Assembly (NCBI GenBank): GCA_010015805.1
Contig: ML978123.1
Location: forward strand, 1-64,000
DNA from: Rhizodiscina lignyota
Lineage: Eukaryota
DNA length: 64,000 bases
Direction: 5' to 3'
Shown: one piece after another, positions 26,424 to 38,245 of the stretch
How the letters are laid out: each line of letters opens with the position of its first letter
Position numbering within the stretch: position 1 is the stretch's first letter
Made by a program: the position numbers and the translations under genes
The notes under the pieces: model-generated
Databases searched by the model: none
What the model was told of the DNA's origin: nothing
What the model saw: only the letters and a program-made list of their open reading frames with translations

Positions 26424-27146
26424 ATGGTTGCAGTTGAAGTATTATCGGCTTTATTAGCCATAATATCATCAGTTCTCTCTATGTCCTTCGATGTTCAGCG
26501 CAGGACACGGTTGGAAAATCTCATCGTAGATGCGAGAGACTCTGAACACTGCTCTGGGGGATGGCACATAGTGGTCCAGAAATTATTCGCGTGGTCACAG
26601 CAAATCCGTCCGCAGGAGGCAGCTTTTGGTAGGCGAGTGAACAATCCACACACGGTCTGGCTCCCTTTAAATGATAGCGGAGGTTCCGTTAACGTCTTAT
26701 AGTTCCCGGATAATACCGCGAGACCGATCGCCGGCCGTCTATTGGGAGATCTTCCGACTCCCTCGACAACGCTATTGTCTGCCTCCTTAACGTACATCAT
26801 CGCGATAACAGCTATCTCTCATGAGCATGGACACGAAGTACACCAAGACAAATTTCTCATGGGCGGAATACTAGCAGCGCTGATCTTCGGACGAGCAGTT
26901 GGTGCAGATATGAGCAGCACAATTTTGAGTATCCTGCCGTGGCTCAACTTGGCAAGCTTGTACCTGAGTTTCTCAGTACATCGATTGGGAGGCTGGTCAA
27001 GTACGACGAAGGGATCTACAAACGACTGTGGTCTAGAACACCATAGCGGTGTTGTGGCGCAATCCAAAAAAGCGAACAGAGTGAGAATGGGAGATTTCCC
27101 CCATTCTTTCGGGCCAATTCACGCAAGCAGAGAATACTACTTGTGA
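26424..27146 (+). CDS. Small orphan membrane protein (two same-frame ORFs separated by TAG 26700-26702, probably an intron acceptor)
   Basis: Hydrophobic N-terminus MVAVEVLSALLAIISSVL. Second part has three hydrophobic segments (LLSASLTYIIAITAI, FLMGGILAALIFG, ILSILPWLNLASLYLSF). Confidence 0.5.
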
Positions 27147-28290
27147 AGGAACAGGATGGCACGGCAGGACATTAAAGAATATATACTGAGAGTTACAGCG
27201 GGAATACATTCTAGCTTCACAGCAGACACCGCCGGTCAGTGCCTCTCTATTGGCTTTGCAGGCCAGAGCCTTTTCTTAAGCACGCGAGTCAGTGCATTTC
27301 GTAATCTCACAGCTCGGAGAGCTTGGAATTATTTTTCGGGGACGTTTTGAGGAAATGTATAAGAACCTGCAGACGGGCCAGAACTTTGTCATTTACCTAG
27401 GCGGACATTTGATTCAGTCAATGTAACACGATCATTTGATGCTCGTGAAAGAGCTGATATAGAGTGGCCTGAAGAGGGTTTCAGAGTTTACTAGTCACGA
27501 ATCGACATCAAATTAATCCATACACAACGTTCCCTTTGCGGATCTGTCTCCTTCCTTCTGGGCCATTACGTATCGCTTGCGGATAACCTCAACGAATATT
27601 GCATATAGAAGGGTCATGGCTAATCCTTAGAGAATCATGAAGTACCAAAGCAGGGACAGTTATTAACGTTTTCATTTTCTGGACTACGTCGCCTCGATCC
27701 ACAATCGCAGAGACATCCACACTCTTCAATAAGACCAACAGACGACCTGAACGTTCCATGCACTATCTTCCACTAATCTTCAAAAAGCCGTGAACTCAGA
27801 TACCCCTCCTGTATTTAACCCAAAATTGGACCCATTCAACATAAGGAAAAAGTTAAATATGCGCATCATACATCGTACATAAAAGTCATCAAAAAGTGCG
27901 CACATATAATGGCGAATGTGAGAATCGAGATCTAAAGAAAAACAAAATTTGTACATGAACCATCCAATATCAGTAGACTTGGATGCCAGTAATAGAAATA
28001 GATAAAAAGACGCCAGCGCAGTGCAGCTTCGTGGCGAATGGTTAGAAATAAGAAGAAACGGGTATAACGCTTTTGAACCAATTCGCGCGAGGAAATCAGA
28101 GGCCTCTCGTCTCGAACTTTTTGTGCAGTCCCTCCAAGAGAAGATGGAAATCTATCTACAAAAGGAAAAACGGTTTTCCAAGTACGGCCGTTTTGGCGCG
28201 TAATATTCGTACATCGTAGTCATACAGAATATGGAAGAAAATCTTTGTCGCGGAACTGAGCATGGCTAGATGGCAAGAGATATCAAGAAA

Positions 28291-31200
28291 TCATCTGCTC
28301 TCTCCTGGGACGGCAGGTAACGGCCGATTTGGCGGAGCACTAGGCAGCGGCAGTGGCATCACCTGCACCTGCACATCAGCTCCTGGCACTGCAGGAAGCG
28401 GACAGTTTGGCGGTGCACCAGGCGGTGGTGGAGGCAGACCATCAATAATCGGCACTGGGTTCGTGGTGCTCCCACGAATTGGGATCTTGATACCGTTGAC
28501 GCCTTCGATGAATGTCGGCCCATCGACACCCATGTGCGGCATCGACACTCGCATCTTCACGCCCATCGTTGGCGATGGACCACGCTGAGGCATGATATTT
28601 TTTATGTTGACGTTCGAGTAAACAGCCAAGCGTTCGCGGTCCTGCTCAGTTGGCTCCCACGGATCTGAAGGCCCCATGGCTCTCATGACATGAGTTTCGC
28701 CAACTGGCTCAAGGGGCATAGAGTTGGGGCCCGGCGTGAGAGATCCGGAGCGAATGCGGCCAGCAGCTGCTGAAGCTGGGCGGATGATACTGGCAGGATT
28801 GATGGGGTTCATTGAGCGGGAGATGCGGGCGGAAGAGTTCGCTTGGGGCCGACTGGAGGACCAGGAAGGCGAATCGCCACGTATTTGCATGCTTGCAGGA
28901 CGTCGAAGACCTCTATGTGGAGGGCCTTTCGCTACCGTGATGGAGTTGATGGAGTGCGGGAGCGTTGGCGAGTTGTTGTTCGAGCCGATAAGTGGCGCTG
29001 GCGCGGCTGAAGACGATGGCCGTGTTGAAGAGGCTGATTCTGGAGATGGAGTAAAGGAGAGAGGTGTCGGAGCGTTGGGTTTTGCCGTTGGTGGGGGAGG
29101 GAAGTTTGAGATAGTCGGGCTGTTGGGAAAGTATCGAGTGGTCGGCGAAGCAGAAGGCGAGTGCGTGAGTTTGTTCGGCGGCGGGCTCGGCAGTGATGAT
29201 AGGCGCTTTGGAATTATCGGCTGTTCAGCACCTGGAGAGGCAGGGCTAGCCGCTCTGCCGGGAGCAGGACCAGAGACACGAATAGGGATGGGCCGCGAGT
29301 ACCGCTTTCGAGTTGAGGCTGGTATTCGGGCTGCATCCTGAGCCATCTGATATTTGTGGAGTGAAACGAGTGATGGATTAGAGAGATTCGGCAGTGCGCC
29401 TAGGCCTGACAGCGGCCGTGGATTCGATGATCGCCGTTGAGTCGCATTATGGTCCCCGTCATTTGACGTATTTGATAAGTTGGACACGTGGGATACAGTT
29501 GAGACGCGGTTGTTGGAAATGCGGCGGTGATCCATGGCCGACTGTGAGCGGAACGTAGAACGTTCGGAGTTTAGTCGTGTAGGCATAGCAGGCGTATACG
29601 TGGCTACCCGGGGCTGAAGTGGATATTGGCTTTCTGGTTTGGGTTCGACAGGTGAGCTATCATCGCACCCATCGACATTCGAGACTGGCTGCACATTGAG
29701 CTTTAGCTGGTCTGTCAAAACCGCATTTGGCAGTTCCGTGGTAGCTGGCAGTGTCTGCATGCTTCTTCTTCGTGGACCATTGAGTGCATTGGGAGACATG
29801 TAACTGCTCTTCAGCGTCGCCGGGCTTCTGAACGTCTCTTCGAATGTATCCTCATTGGGCGACGGAGGTCCGGATGACGAGGCATGCGAGGTATTGAGGG
29901 TAACAGTGCCGGTGCCTGAAGTCCGATTTGATATGAATGATTCCCGTAGCTGATCAAGGCGAAGTTGGTCTTGGGATAGCATTGTTGCTGTCGTTGCAAA
30001 ACTTGGTGCATCTGCTGACTCTCTGACACTTGCTCGACCGCCGAACTTGGCAGATCGAACTGATGCTGTATCGGAAGGGCCGAGCCTACCTCTGCTAGAG
30101 GCTCGACTAAGCCGTGGTTCAGCTTCACGTCCTGCGTCGCTGTCTGCGCGTCCACGACGTGAGGGTGCGCGAGAGTCTGCTGGCGAGATGCTATTTTCGT
30201 GTTGTGTACTCGGCCGCCGGACTCGGTACCGATGGGAAATGATACTCTGAGCATCATCATCCGCCGTGTGCCCGCTGTCTCGTTTGCTGTCCGACGACAT
30301 TGTCGGCCTGTGTACTCTTCCATTCAAGTCATCGATTACTCGTCGTACAGCTTTCATCCATGCGACCATCTCATCTGCACTGTCCAAAACCAGAAGCATT
30401 GTGTTTGCTTGTCTCCTGGGAAGTACAGTTTGTGACCGGAGGCGACCTAGGATCGACCTGGATGGCTTTGGCACAGGCGGTTCATTGCCTTCCTCCTTTA
30501 TCGCTTGGCGCACCTCGAGCACAAAATGCTTTCCAGGGATCAAGTCGCTTGCGAAGGCAGCAGAGTCAGGACCCAGCTCAAGAACTTGCTCCGGCATGCG
30601 ATCCGAACTTCCCTCTCCGGAATATTGTAGAAGATATCCGGATGTAACCAAGACGTAGACTTTACTTGCGAGTTGTGCTCCGCCAAACGCAGCAGCAGAA
30701 TATCTCTTCTTCGTCAAGTAGGTCTTCTCCGGTTTCCGTGAGGTGCCGTTAGCAATGGATTCTGAATCCAGAGTGAGATCCAGTGAGCTTTCGAACTGTT
30801 CCTGCAACTGGCTCAATTTTCTAGTGTGCCCTTGTGCTCTTTGTAAATTCTCTGCGGAGACAGTCGACGCATGTAGAGTAGCGTATTTGATCGCTTGAGG
30901 GTAAGCCTGGAAGAGTGGAGGTGGATGCCATCCATCTGTACTGGTGGTTGTTGTCCGTATGCTGGCAGAGCCCCTCGACGCCAGCGTGTGGCGCATTTCC
31001 GTCTCTTCCGAGCCTCGCATGAAACCTAGCGAAGATGTAGCGCGTGATGGTGGTCTCGAAATTGATGATTTGATCGACCTTTGTGGTGAGACGGCACGTT
31101 CATGAATAATATCAAGTCCAGTTTCGGTGTATCCTCTTGACTTTTCGGCTTTTGGGGGCGAGAATATGCTGAACAGTGAAAGTTTAGACTGTCGACGTTC

Positions 31201-31392
31201 GATTGTGGGCAGGGGAGGGACAGGCTCCATGGGCGAGTCGACCTTGACCTCGATCTCGTTGACAGGAGTAGTGGATTTGTTGAAATTCCATCGTGAGTTG
31301 GGCGAGGTACCGCTGGACTTGGTACGAGATGCATTGAGAGCTCTATTCTTTTTGCGACCCCGACTATGAGCTGACTGATCGTCTGGCACCAT
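28291..31392 (-). CDS. PH-domain protein with long Ser/Pro/Arg-rich disordered regions
   Basis: 1033-aa intronless ORF. PH-like segment KVYVLVTSGYLLQY...FASDLIPGKHFVL...LVLDSADEMVAWMKAVR; proline-rich C-terminus (PPPPPGAPPNCPLP, PPNRPLPAVP). Confidence 0.85.
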   Translation of the reverse strand: MVPDDQSAHSRGRKKNRALNASRTKSSGTSPNSRWNFNKSTTPVNEIEVKVDSPMEPVPPLPTIERRQSKLSLFSIFSPPKAEKSRGYTETGLDIIHERAVSPQRSIKSSISRPPSRATSSLGFMRGSEETEMRHTLASRGSASIRTTTTSTDGWHPPPLFQAYPQAIKYATLHASTVSAENLQRAQGHTRKLSQLQEQFESSLDLTLDSESIANGTSRKPEKTYLTKKRYSAAAFGGAQLASKVYVLVTSGYLLQYSGEGSSDRMPEQVLELGPDSAAFASDLIPGKHFVLEVRQAIKEEGNEPPVPKPSRSILGRLRSQTVLPRRQANTMLLVLDSADEMVAWMKAVRRVIDDLNGRVHRPTMSSDSKRDSGHTADDDAQSIISHRYRVRRPSTQHENSISPADSRAPSRRGRADSDAGREAEPRLSRASSRGRLGPSDTASVRSAKFGGRASVRESADAPSFATTATMLSQDQLRLDQLRESFISNRTSGTGTVTLNTSHASSSGPPSPNEDTFEETFRSPATLKSSYMSPNALNGPRRRSMQTLPATTELPNAVLTDQLKLNVQPVSNVDGCDDSSPVEPKPESQYPLQPRVATYTPAMPTRLNSERSTFRSQSAMDHRRISNNRVSTVSHVSNLSNTSNDGDHNATQRRSSNPRPLSGLGALPNLSNPSLVSLHKYQMAQDAARIPASTRKRYSRPIPIRVSGPAPGRAASPASPGAEQPIIPKRLSSLPSPPPNKLTHSPSASPTTRYFPNSPTISNFPPPPTAKPNAPTPLSFTPSPESASSTRPSSSAAPAPLIGSNNNSPTLPHSINSITVAKGPPHRGLRRPASMQIRGDSPSWSSSRPQANSSARISRSMNPINPASIIRPASAAAGRIRSGSLTPGPNSMPLEPVGETHVMRAMGPSDPWEPTEQDRERLAVYSNVNIKNIMPQRGPSPTMGVKMRVSMPHMGVDGPTFIEGVNGIKIPIRGSTTNPVPIIDGLPPPPPGAPPNCPLPAVPGADVQVQVMPLPLPSAPPNRPLPAVPGESR

Positions 31393-33479
31393 TGCGACTC
31401 AATTTCGGAGTCATGGAACCGCGTCAAAAGGAAGGTGCGCTGAGTGGGTGGATGTTCTGTACAATAAGGTACGGGATTATGGGATATTAGTGGTCCATGT
31501 GCCGTGTGGGGGAGTGCGGCGGTGAGAAAGACAAATTATGGTATGCGGACGGTGACGGTTCTTTGTAACTGGACAACTACGTGCGGCAAAGTCAATTGAC
31601 CATGTAGAATATGGGGATTGTTGTTGTAGAACGCGTTCGACGAGTTTGTCGCACTCAATTGCGGATGGAAATGGGAGTCAATGGATTTGCCGACACCCTA
31701 TCGGTCCGTCGGCGAATGGCGAGTGGAAGCGAGATGATCTCCTAGTGCATACGAGCAAGAGATGGTCTCTGGAGCGTTGCGAGGAAGAGATTAGGAATGG
31801 AAGCGAATGACTGGAGGAATAGCAATTGTACGCGATTGAACGCGAACAATGTACAATGATACCTAGTAGTAGATGTAGAGACGAGAAGCAACGCGCGCGT
31901 CGGGGTGGAGATGGGGTTTTGGGGGGCAGGCCTGACGAAAGGTCAATGTGTTTCAGGCACAACGAGTAGCGCAGCGAGCGGCAAGTGGACACTTTGTCCC
32001 AATCTGCCCCTGCCAGGATGCGCGAGGCTTGTTTCGAAATGTGCGTGGGTTGAAATTCACAGGCTTCCGGGATGACAGAAGCGCGCTAAGGAGCGTAGGA
32101 GTCCGCTCCGTCGGTGTCTGGCTATGCCGCTTTGTGTGGTAGCGGATGGATCGACCTCGGAATATCCATGTCTTTACAGAACTCCGTCCTGCAAAGGCCT
32201 CACAGGCAACCCTGCGGGCGTCCTGAGCGCGAGAAGCTCGTCACCGGGAGGGAAGACCCGGCGACGCGGTCGTTTGTCGCATCGCGGCATCACAGAGAGC
32301 TGGCGGGCGTGCTGGTGGAGAGCTGTGGCTCACCTAGCGCGTCGCAGAGAAGAAACCCAAGATCCTCATCTTGATAAATTTCGCGTTTCTGATTGATCTC
32401 TGACACGGGACCGAAGCGGGATGGAAGGTTTGAGAGATGATTCAGTGAGGCTCCTTCATCACCGTGACGAGATCTTCCGGGTTGGGCGGCAAGGAGATTT
32501 TGTGACTGCATTTGCATCGCCGTTGCTTTCTCGAAAGCAGCAGACGAGTTGTTAGCCCCGTTCCTCTGCAGCAAGCAGCAGCAGACGAACATCTCCATGC
32601 ACGCTGTGCCATGGGGCCAACCGCTGCTCGCCTCACAGCTGCTGCTGATTTTGCGGAGCCGTGCCGTGCTCTTGGCCGCTCGTCGAAGGATGCAAACGGT
32701 AGCAAGGAAGCGCCTTTATTGTTAGTCTCACCTGCAGTGCTCTTAATATTGCTGTCGCAATTCCTCCAACGTAGGTTCTGCCCTGCACAGAGGCTCGTCC
32801 GGGAGCTGAGTGGTACCTGAGGAGCATCTGCCGTGTGCCCCTGGCCAGCTGCAAGCTCGAAAACGGGAGAGCAGAGATTGCACCAATAATGCCGGCTTAG
32901 CGGCGCTATTGACCGCAAGACCCTGTCGTCCGGCCTGCCTCCCCGAAGATCATTATCGATACCGAAAGGAAAAAGAGGAAAAAGAAAAATCTCCTCTGAT
33001 CCTCGCGTTCCGCCTCTGCGGTGCGGAATCAGTGCGAATCGAGGTATGGCCACTCTACTGCCTACACGCGGAGATGAGTGCCGGGTTGGCGAGACGTCTT
33101 GAGTTGAAAGCTCCCGAGAAACAAGACAGCGGAGAGGAGTGGAACGTGCAGGCGTGCGGAGAGAGGCAGTTGGGCAGATGGAGGATGCTGGTTTGTCGCT
33201 TTGCCCTCTGACGTTCCCTGTCCGCGAGGTGGCCTAAGCTTCCCCAGCTTTTTTGCCCACCACCAACGTCACGCCCTGCTGCGAACGCACACACGCCGCA
33301 TGATATCGTCACCGCACCTGACCTCACCACCAGGACCAGTGCCGGAACATACAGCCCTCAGTTTGAGAAAAAGCAGCACACGCGCCGCCACATCAAACCC
33401 CGCAAGCGCAGCGCGTCGAGCAATCAAGGCGAAACTCCTACAGAGGGATATCGGGCTGCAGCCTTGCCTCTGCCCTACC

Positions 33480-34523
33480 ATGCCTGATCTAAACTCTCTA
33501 CCACCTTCGCGCTCGCCTTCGACCTCTCGTATCCTCTCCTCTGCGAATAACGGGCCCCCAGCGTCCCCGCCATCGCCATCATCTCACTCCCCGCACTCCC
33601 TTGCTGCAACAGCTGCTCTTAATGCAGGCGCTCGAAGCACAGAACGACGCCGCTCAAGCGCACGAATGAATATCAATTTGAGCGACTCGGGTGCATTCTC
33701 AGGTCCGGGTGAAGGCGGCATGAGTCCAGGTCTGCGCGCAAGTCCCGGCTCGATTTCAGGCTTCGAAGGACTCGGCAGACATGGAAGGATGGCGGACAGA
33801 GAACGTGCACCAAGCCTGGGCGAGCTACATCAGGAGCTGGAGAGTGAGCAAGAGGGACAAGTGGTATATGCTTCCAGCCCTAAAATCTCCGGATCGATCA
33901 GCGGCTGACAGCTGGGTGAACAGAATCGACTTCTCCAAATGATACGCCAGCAACAAGCACAAATCCAGCAGCTTCAACTCTCCCAGACACCCTCGAACAC
34001 CCAGAGTCAAGCTGTTGACGACAGCACCCCAACTTCCGAGCGCTCCATGTCCATTTCGCAAGCTCCAGCACAACCACCCATTTCTGCTCAACCCAGCGCG
34101 GTAGTACCTTCGTCGAACCTCCCGCGTTCCCGTTCGCCATTTCATCCACACTCTTCTCTTTCCAGACAATCCTCCTACCGCTCCAGCAGGAACAATAGCC
34201 CCTTGATACGCCCAACGAGCGGTACTCACGAGAGCACAGGCAGCACCGACTTCACATTGGGACAGCCAGCTAGGGATAGAGACGACGCAGCCTTCTACGC
34301 TGCTGAGACTCAATCGCTGAGCCGGGAGAATGCGATGCTGAGACAGAGGATCAGAGAATTGGAGAGGCAGCTGAATGAGGCGAATACCGTTTCAGCAGCT
34401 GCTTCCACGGCAGCTTCAGCGGCACAATCACCAACGGCCACGATGGGCAGAGATGGACAGAGTGAAGGCGGCGGACCTACAATCGTGGCTACATCATCTG
34501 GTGAGGAGGTGAAAGAGGACTGA
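33480..34523 (+). CDS. Fungal Ser-rich coiled-coil hypothetical protein; exons 33480-33863, 33924-34523
   Basis: Phase-0 intron GTATAT...GCTGAC...CAG joins RAPSLGELHQELESEQEGQV to NRLLQMIRQQQAQIQQLQ. Second coiled coil FYAAETQSLSRENAMLRQRIRELE. Confidence 0.85.
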
Positions 34524-35230
34524 ATTCACTGGAGTCGCTTGTTCAGATAAATGCGAGTAATTCGTGGCTGCTTGTCACGCGGCATGAGATTATTGGATTG
34601 ACACGACATTCGGCATAGAGGGAATCTTCACGGATCGGTGACTTTCTTTACGACTAGCGATAGCATTGCAAGGCGCTGCGGATATGTCTCGGTTTACCGA
34701 CATACGCTCCTTCATAGGAGGCTGTAATAGGGCAAACATAAGTGCTGCAATGAACAGAATAATTAAACTCTGATTCCTTTTCAACTCTTCCTCATTCCGT
34801 GAGCCAAAGCAGTTTGTTACGTTATCAATCAAGCTGTCCCCGCTGCCAATTTTCTTGCAGACCATATGAAGATCACATATTGTTGACGAAAACAAAAAGC
34901 TAATAGAAATATTATTGAACTCCTGAAAATAGAATTATCTGAGTTTACAGTGTCCTTCGCCAGTATGCTCTGCTCTGCTCTTCGTCGAGCATCATTGCCG
35001 AGTCATTGGCGGGATGTTCTCCGGGTTCGGCTCTCGACCAAGACCCTCCCCTTTCATCATAAGAGCACGACGATTCTCTACAATTCCCTTGAAACCTTTC
35101 TATTGCTTGTACAAATTTCAAATGCCATTCCAGCAATTCCATGTCTGCAGTTAAAAGCGGTGATACCAATTGCGCATAGATTTCCACCTCGCTTTTCCGT
35201 CATCCTCGACATTGTAGACATTTCCTTGTC

Positions 35231-36466
35231 ATGTTATCGCGCAAAGCATTTCGTTCATTGTCCTCTCAATCACCATCGAAAAAGCTATTCTCCACCAGCA
35301 GCAAGCTCCATGCTGACTTCACGCATGCCGTCGTGGGCGGCGGTGCTGTCGGTCTCGCCATAGCCCGCCAGCTCCAATCAAGAGAGGGCGCCTCCGTCGT
35401 CCTAATCGAGCGCCATGGCATGGTAGGCTACGAGACATCCTCACGCAATTCCGAAGTCATCCATGCAGGAATCTACTACGGGCTCTCATCCCTTAAAGCT
35501 CGTCTATGCATTCGAGGCAAAAACTTGCTTTATGAACTTTGCGAAAAGAACGCCATCCCCTACCGCAATTGTGGAAAGTGGATCGTTGCACAGGATGGCG
35601 AGCAGTATAAAGAGCTAGAGAAACTTCATGAGTTTACCCAGCAGATTGCTGTCCCGACGCGCTGGGTCAGTCAGGAAGAGGCGAAGAGACGAGAGCCAGA
35701 CGTCAGAGCTGCGGGAGGGATTCTGGAAAGCCCGACGACTGGGATTGTGGACAGTCATAGCTACATGCAGTTTCTGCATGGCGATTTCGAGGATAAGGGA
35801 GGGGTATGCGCATTGCAGTCGCCGGTATCTCGCGTTGTGCCTATCGAAAATGGGCGTGGAGGTTGGGAGATCTTCACGAATGTGGACGGGGAAGAGACTT
35901 CCATCAGCTCAGAAACATTCATCAACTCCGCCGGATTGGCAGCCATACCGCTCTCGAATTCGATAATGTCACCTGAGCGACAAAGGAAACCATACTATGC
36001 GAAAGGCACGTACTTCTCGTACAGTGCATCAAAGCCCTCGCCAAAGACACTCATCTACCCCGCGCCGAAACCGTCGTTAGGAGGACTAGGAACACATCTC
36101 ACACTTGATATGGGTGGTCGCATACGATTCGGCCCGGACGTCGAGTGGATTGAGTCTCCGGACGACTACAGTGTGAACGACGCACGAATGCCGGAAGCAC
36201 TGGACGAGATTGCCGAGTATCTACCCACGTATGATAGGAGCGCCGTAGGGTTGGACTACGCAGGCATTCGGCCCAAGTTGGGAAAGGGAGGTGCTGTATG
36301 GAAAGGGGATGGAAAGGAATTTCTCGACTTTTACATCACAAAGGAAGAAGGATTCGAGGGATGGATCAACCTGCTGGGAATTGAGAGTCCAGGACTAACG
36401 AGCAGTCTGGCTATTGGAGAAGAGGTGGAGAGATTGCTGTATGGAAGTAGTGGGAAGGTGATATGA
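35231..36466 (+). CDS. L2HGDH: L-2-hydroxyglutarate dehydrogenase, mitochondrial (FAD-dependent oxidoreductase)
   Basis: Arg/Ser/Lys-rich presequence, VVGGGAVG FAD motif, ETSSRNSEVIHAG, LGTHLTLD, FGPD, DYAGIRPK and IESPGLTSSLAI. Confidence 0.93.
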   Translation: MLSRKAFRSLSSQSPSKKLFSTSSKLHADFTHAVVGGGAVGLAIARQLQSREGASVVLIERHGMVGYETSSRNSEVIHAGIYYGLSSLKARLCIRGKNLLYELCEKNAIPYRNCGKWIVAQDGEQYKELEKLHEFTQQIAVPTRWVSQEEAKRREPDVRAAGGILESPTTGIVDSHSYMQFLHGDFEDKGGVCALQSPVSRVVPIENGRGGWEIFTNVDGEETSISSETFINSAGLAAIPLSNSIMSPERQRKPYYAKGTYFSYSASKPSPKTLIYPAPKPSLGGLGTHLTLDMGGRIRFGPDVEWIESPDDYSVNDARMPEALDEIAEYLPTYDRSAVGLDYAGIRPKLGKGGAVWKGDGKEFLDFYITKEEGFEGWINLLGIESPGLTSSLAIGEEVERLLYGSSGKVI

Positions 36467-36996
36467 GCTGGGAAGAAAGGAGAGATACAGCGCGCGTGTC
36501 GCCGTCAGCAGCACTGAGGGACGAGGGCACACATCATGGACTGATGTACACGTAAAGAGCCGCAGGCATGCTCTCGGCCGCTATTGTCCGATATATCAGG
36601 TTACCCAGAGCGCCAAGAAAATCCACCAACACGTCCAATTCTCTCTCCTGTTCTTTGTTATTGTCCTAACTCTATAAACTCTCATTCCGTTGAATTTCTC
36701 AATATTTCCAACAAATTGCATGCTCGATGCATGCGCAAGAGATGACACACGCACCTTTCCATAGATACCACTGAGCGTTCTAACCAACACTCTCCTCCTC
36801 CCTTAGCGCCGCGGGAACAACAATGCGCCACAACTCTTATTCACAAATTTCAGGCACCAGCGGAGGACCTCATACTATATAAACTTTCCGACTTTCTACA
36901 TCAACGAACCTTCTTACAGCAACCAACACTTCTTTCTCCTCACTCTACCTCTCTCAAAGACCAAAACATACACTTTCAGCCACAAACCACAACAAA

Positions 36997-37624
36997 ATGG
37001 CCGAGCATTTGTCTCAAATCAAGAAGACCGCGTCGCTGCCAGATCTCACCAAAGTGCAGCCTGAAGAGGAGGATCTTTTTGTGCCTCCAACGCCCCCGCC
37101 GCGGATGTCCAGCAGCGCCTTAGGTGAGTCAGGGCACTTCCTGACCGTTGCCCCCTACGCAATGAATTTGATACATCTCCAGACAGCACTTCGGGCACCA
37201 GCAATAGCGCCGGCCCCAGATCGGGCGGCGGCACTTGTCACCATGGCAAGCATGCCGCCGACCCAGATCTGGGTCAGCGGCGTCGGCATCAGACCACGCT
37301 CTTCGGCCTCCTACTGGGTGGCTACCGGCCACTACGTCTTCGGCTCCGACCACAAGGAGCTCACATGGGAGGAGCTGCTGGCAGAAGACGGTATGTTCTT
37401 GATTCTCCAACACTGTGACGCAGAGGATAGTTACGAACTGATGTAAAGCCAGACAACACCAGGGCCGGAAAGGCCGAGCAAGATACCGATCCCAGAAGAA
37501 GTGAGGGTGGAGGGGAGGGAGAGGAGCAGTGGAAGGGGAACAAGCGGCCGGAGGGGTACCATCGCGGGGGTAGGAGGAAGCGGAGGGAGGAGGCGGTCGT
37601 GAAAAAACAGAATGAACTCCAGTA
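36997..37624 (+). CDS. Hypothetical protein (exon structure uncertain; likely intron about 37391-37452)
   Basis: TATA-like TATATAAA at about 36876, C/A-rich leader and strong AAAATGG start. A GTATGT donor and CTGAT...CAG acceptor would extend the 149-aa ORF into a charged tail ending at TAG 37624. Confidence 0.45.
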
Positions 37625-37940
37625 GATGGACACAATTGAAAGCATAGTCACAGAGATAAAGACGAATTGAGCTCATTAAAGGCGTACAATCTCGATAAAA
37701 AAACTCGCTGAAGCACGTGATATTAAACTTCAGTGATGCTCTCGAATACTTGGAAGGACGAATTCTATTTTGACTTCGTCCTTTCAACCAAACACCTGAA
37801 GGAGGTCAACTCCTCTATCACGTGCAATATGCGCTAAGTTACTTCTAGGCTAGCTGATTTGAAAGATATTCGTAAATTCCTAAAGCATATTAGCGCACCT
37901 CTTAACTCGTTTGGTATCGCCCTTACTCACGCCAAGGGAG

Positions 37941-38245
37941 ATAAAATAAATAGCCATAACTTTCAAGGCATGGAACAGCTAAGTCATAAACTGTGCAGAG
38001 ACCGTAGAGTTGGACTTTCAGAAATACTCTCACTTGCCTTGAAGCGCAAGAGCTACTTCTCCTCAAGCGTTACAGGCTGTTAGGCTGCATAACAAATGTG
38101 CCCACGGCATAAAAATACTAGCCGCAACTTTCAAGGCATGGAATAGCTAAGGCATAAACACTCTGAAGAACGTGGAACTGGACTTTCAGCGGCAATCTCG
38201 CTTTCCTTGAAGTGTAAGAGCTGCTCCGCTCAGGCGTTCCAGCTT
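37941..38245 (+). repeat. Two degenerate tandem copies of a 168-bp-period repeat
   Basis: tagccataactttcaaggcatggaacagctaagtcataaac (37951) vs tagccgcaactttcaaggcatggaatagctaaggcataaac (38119). Both continue with tggactttcag...ccttgaag(c/t)g(c/t)aagagct. Confidence 0.85.

Noticed and set aside
3358..27146. Secondary-metabolite or RiPP cluster built from the P450 and tyrosinase
   Set aside because: The genes are separated by housekeeping chitin synthases, and no backbone enzyme, precursor peptide or DUF3328 motif was seen.
34945..35221. Small minus-strand ORF fragments upstream of L2HGDH
   Set aside because: Candidate starts lie within about 10-45 nt of the L2HGDH ATG, leaving no promoter space; no recognisable family.
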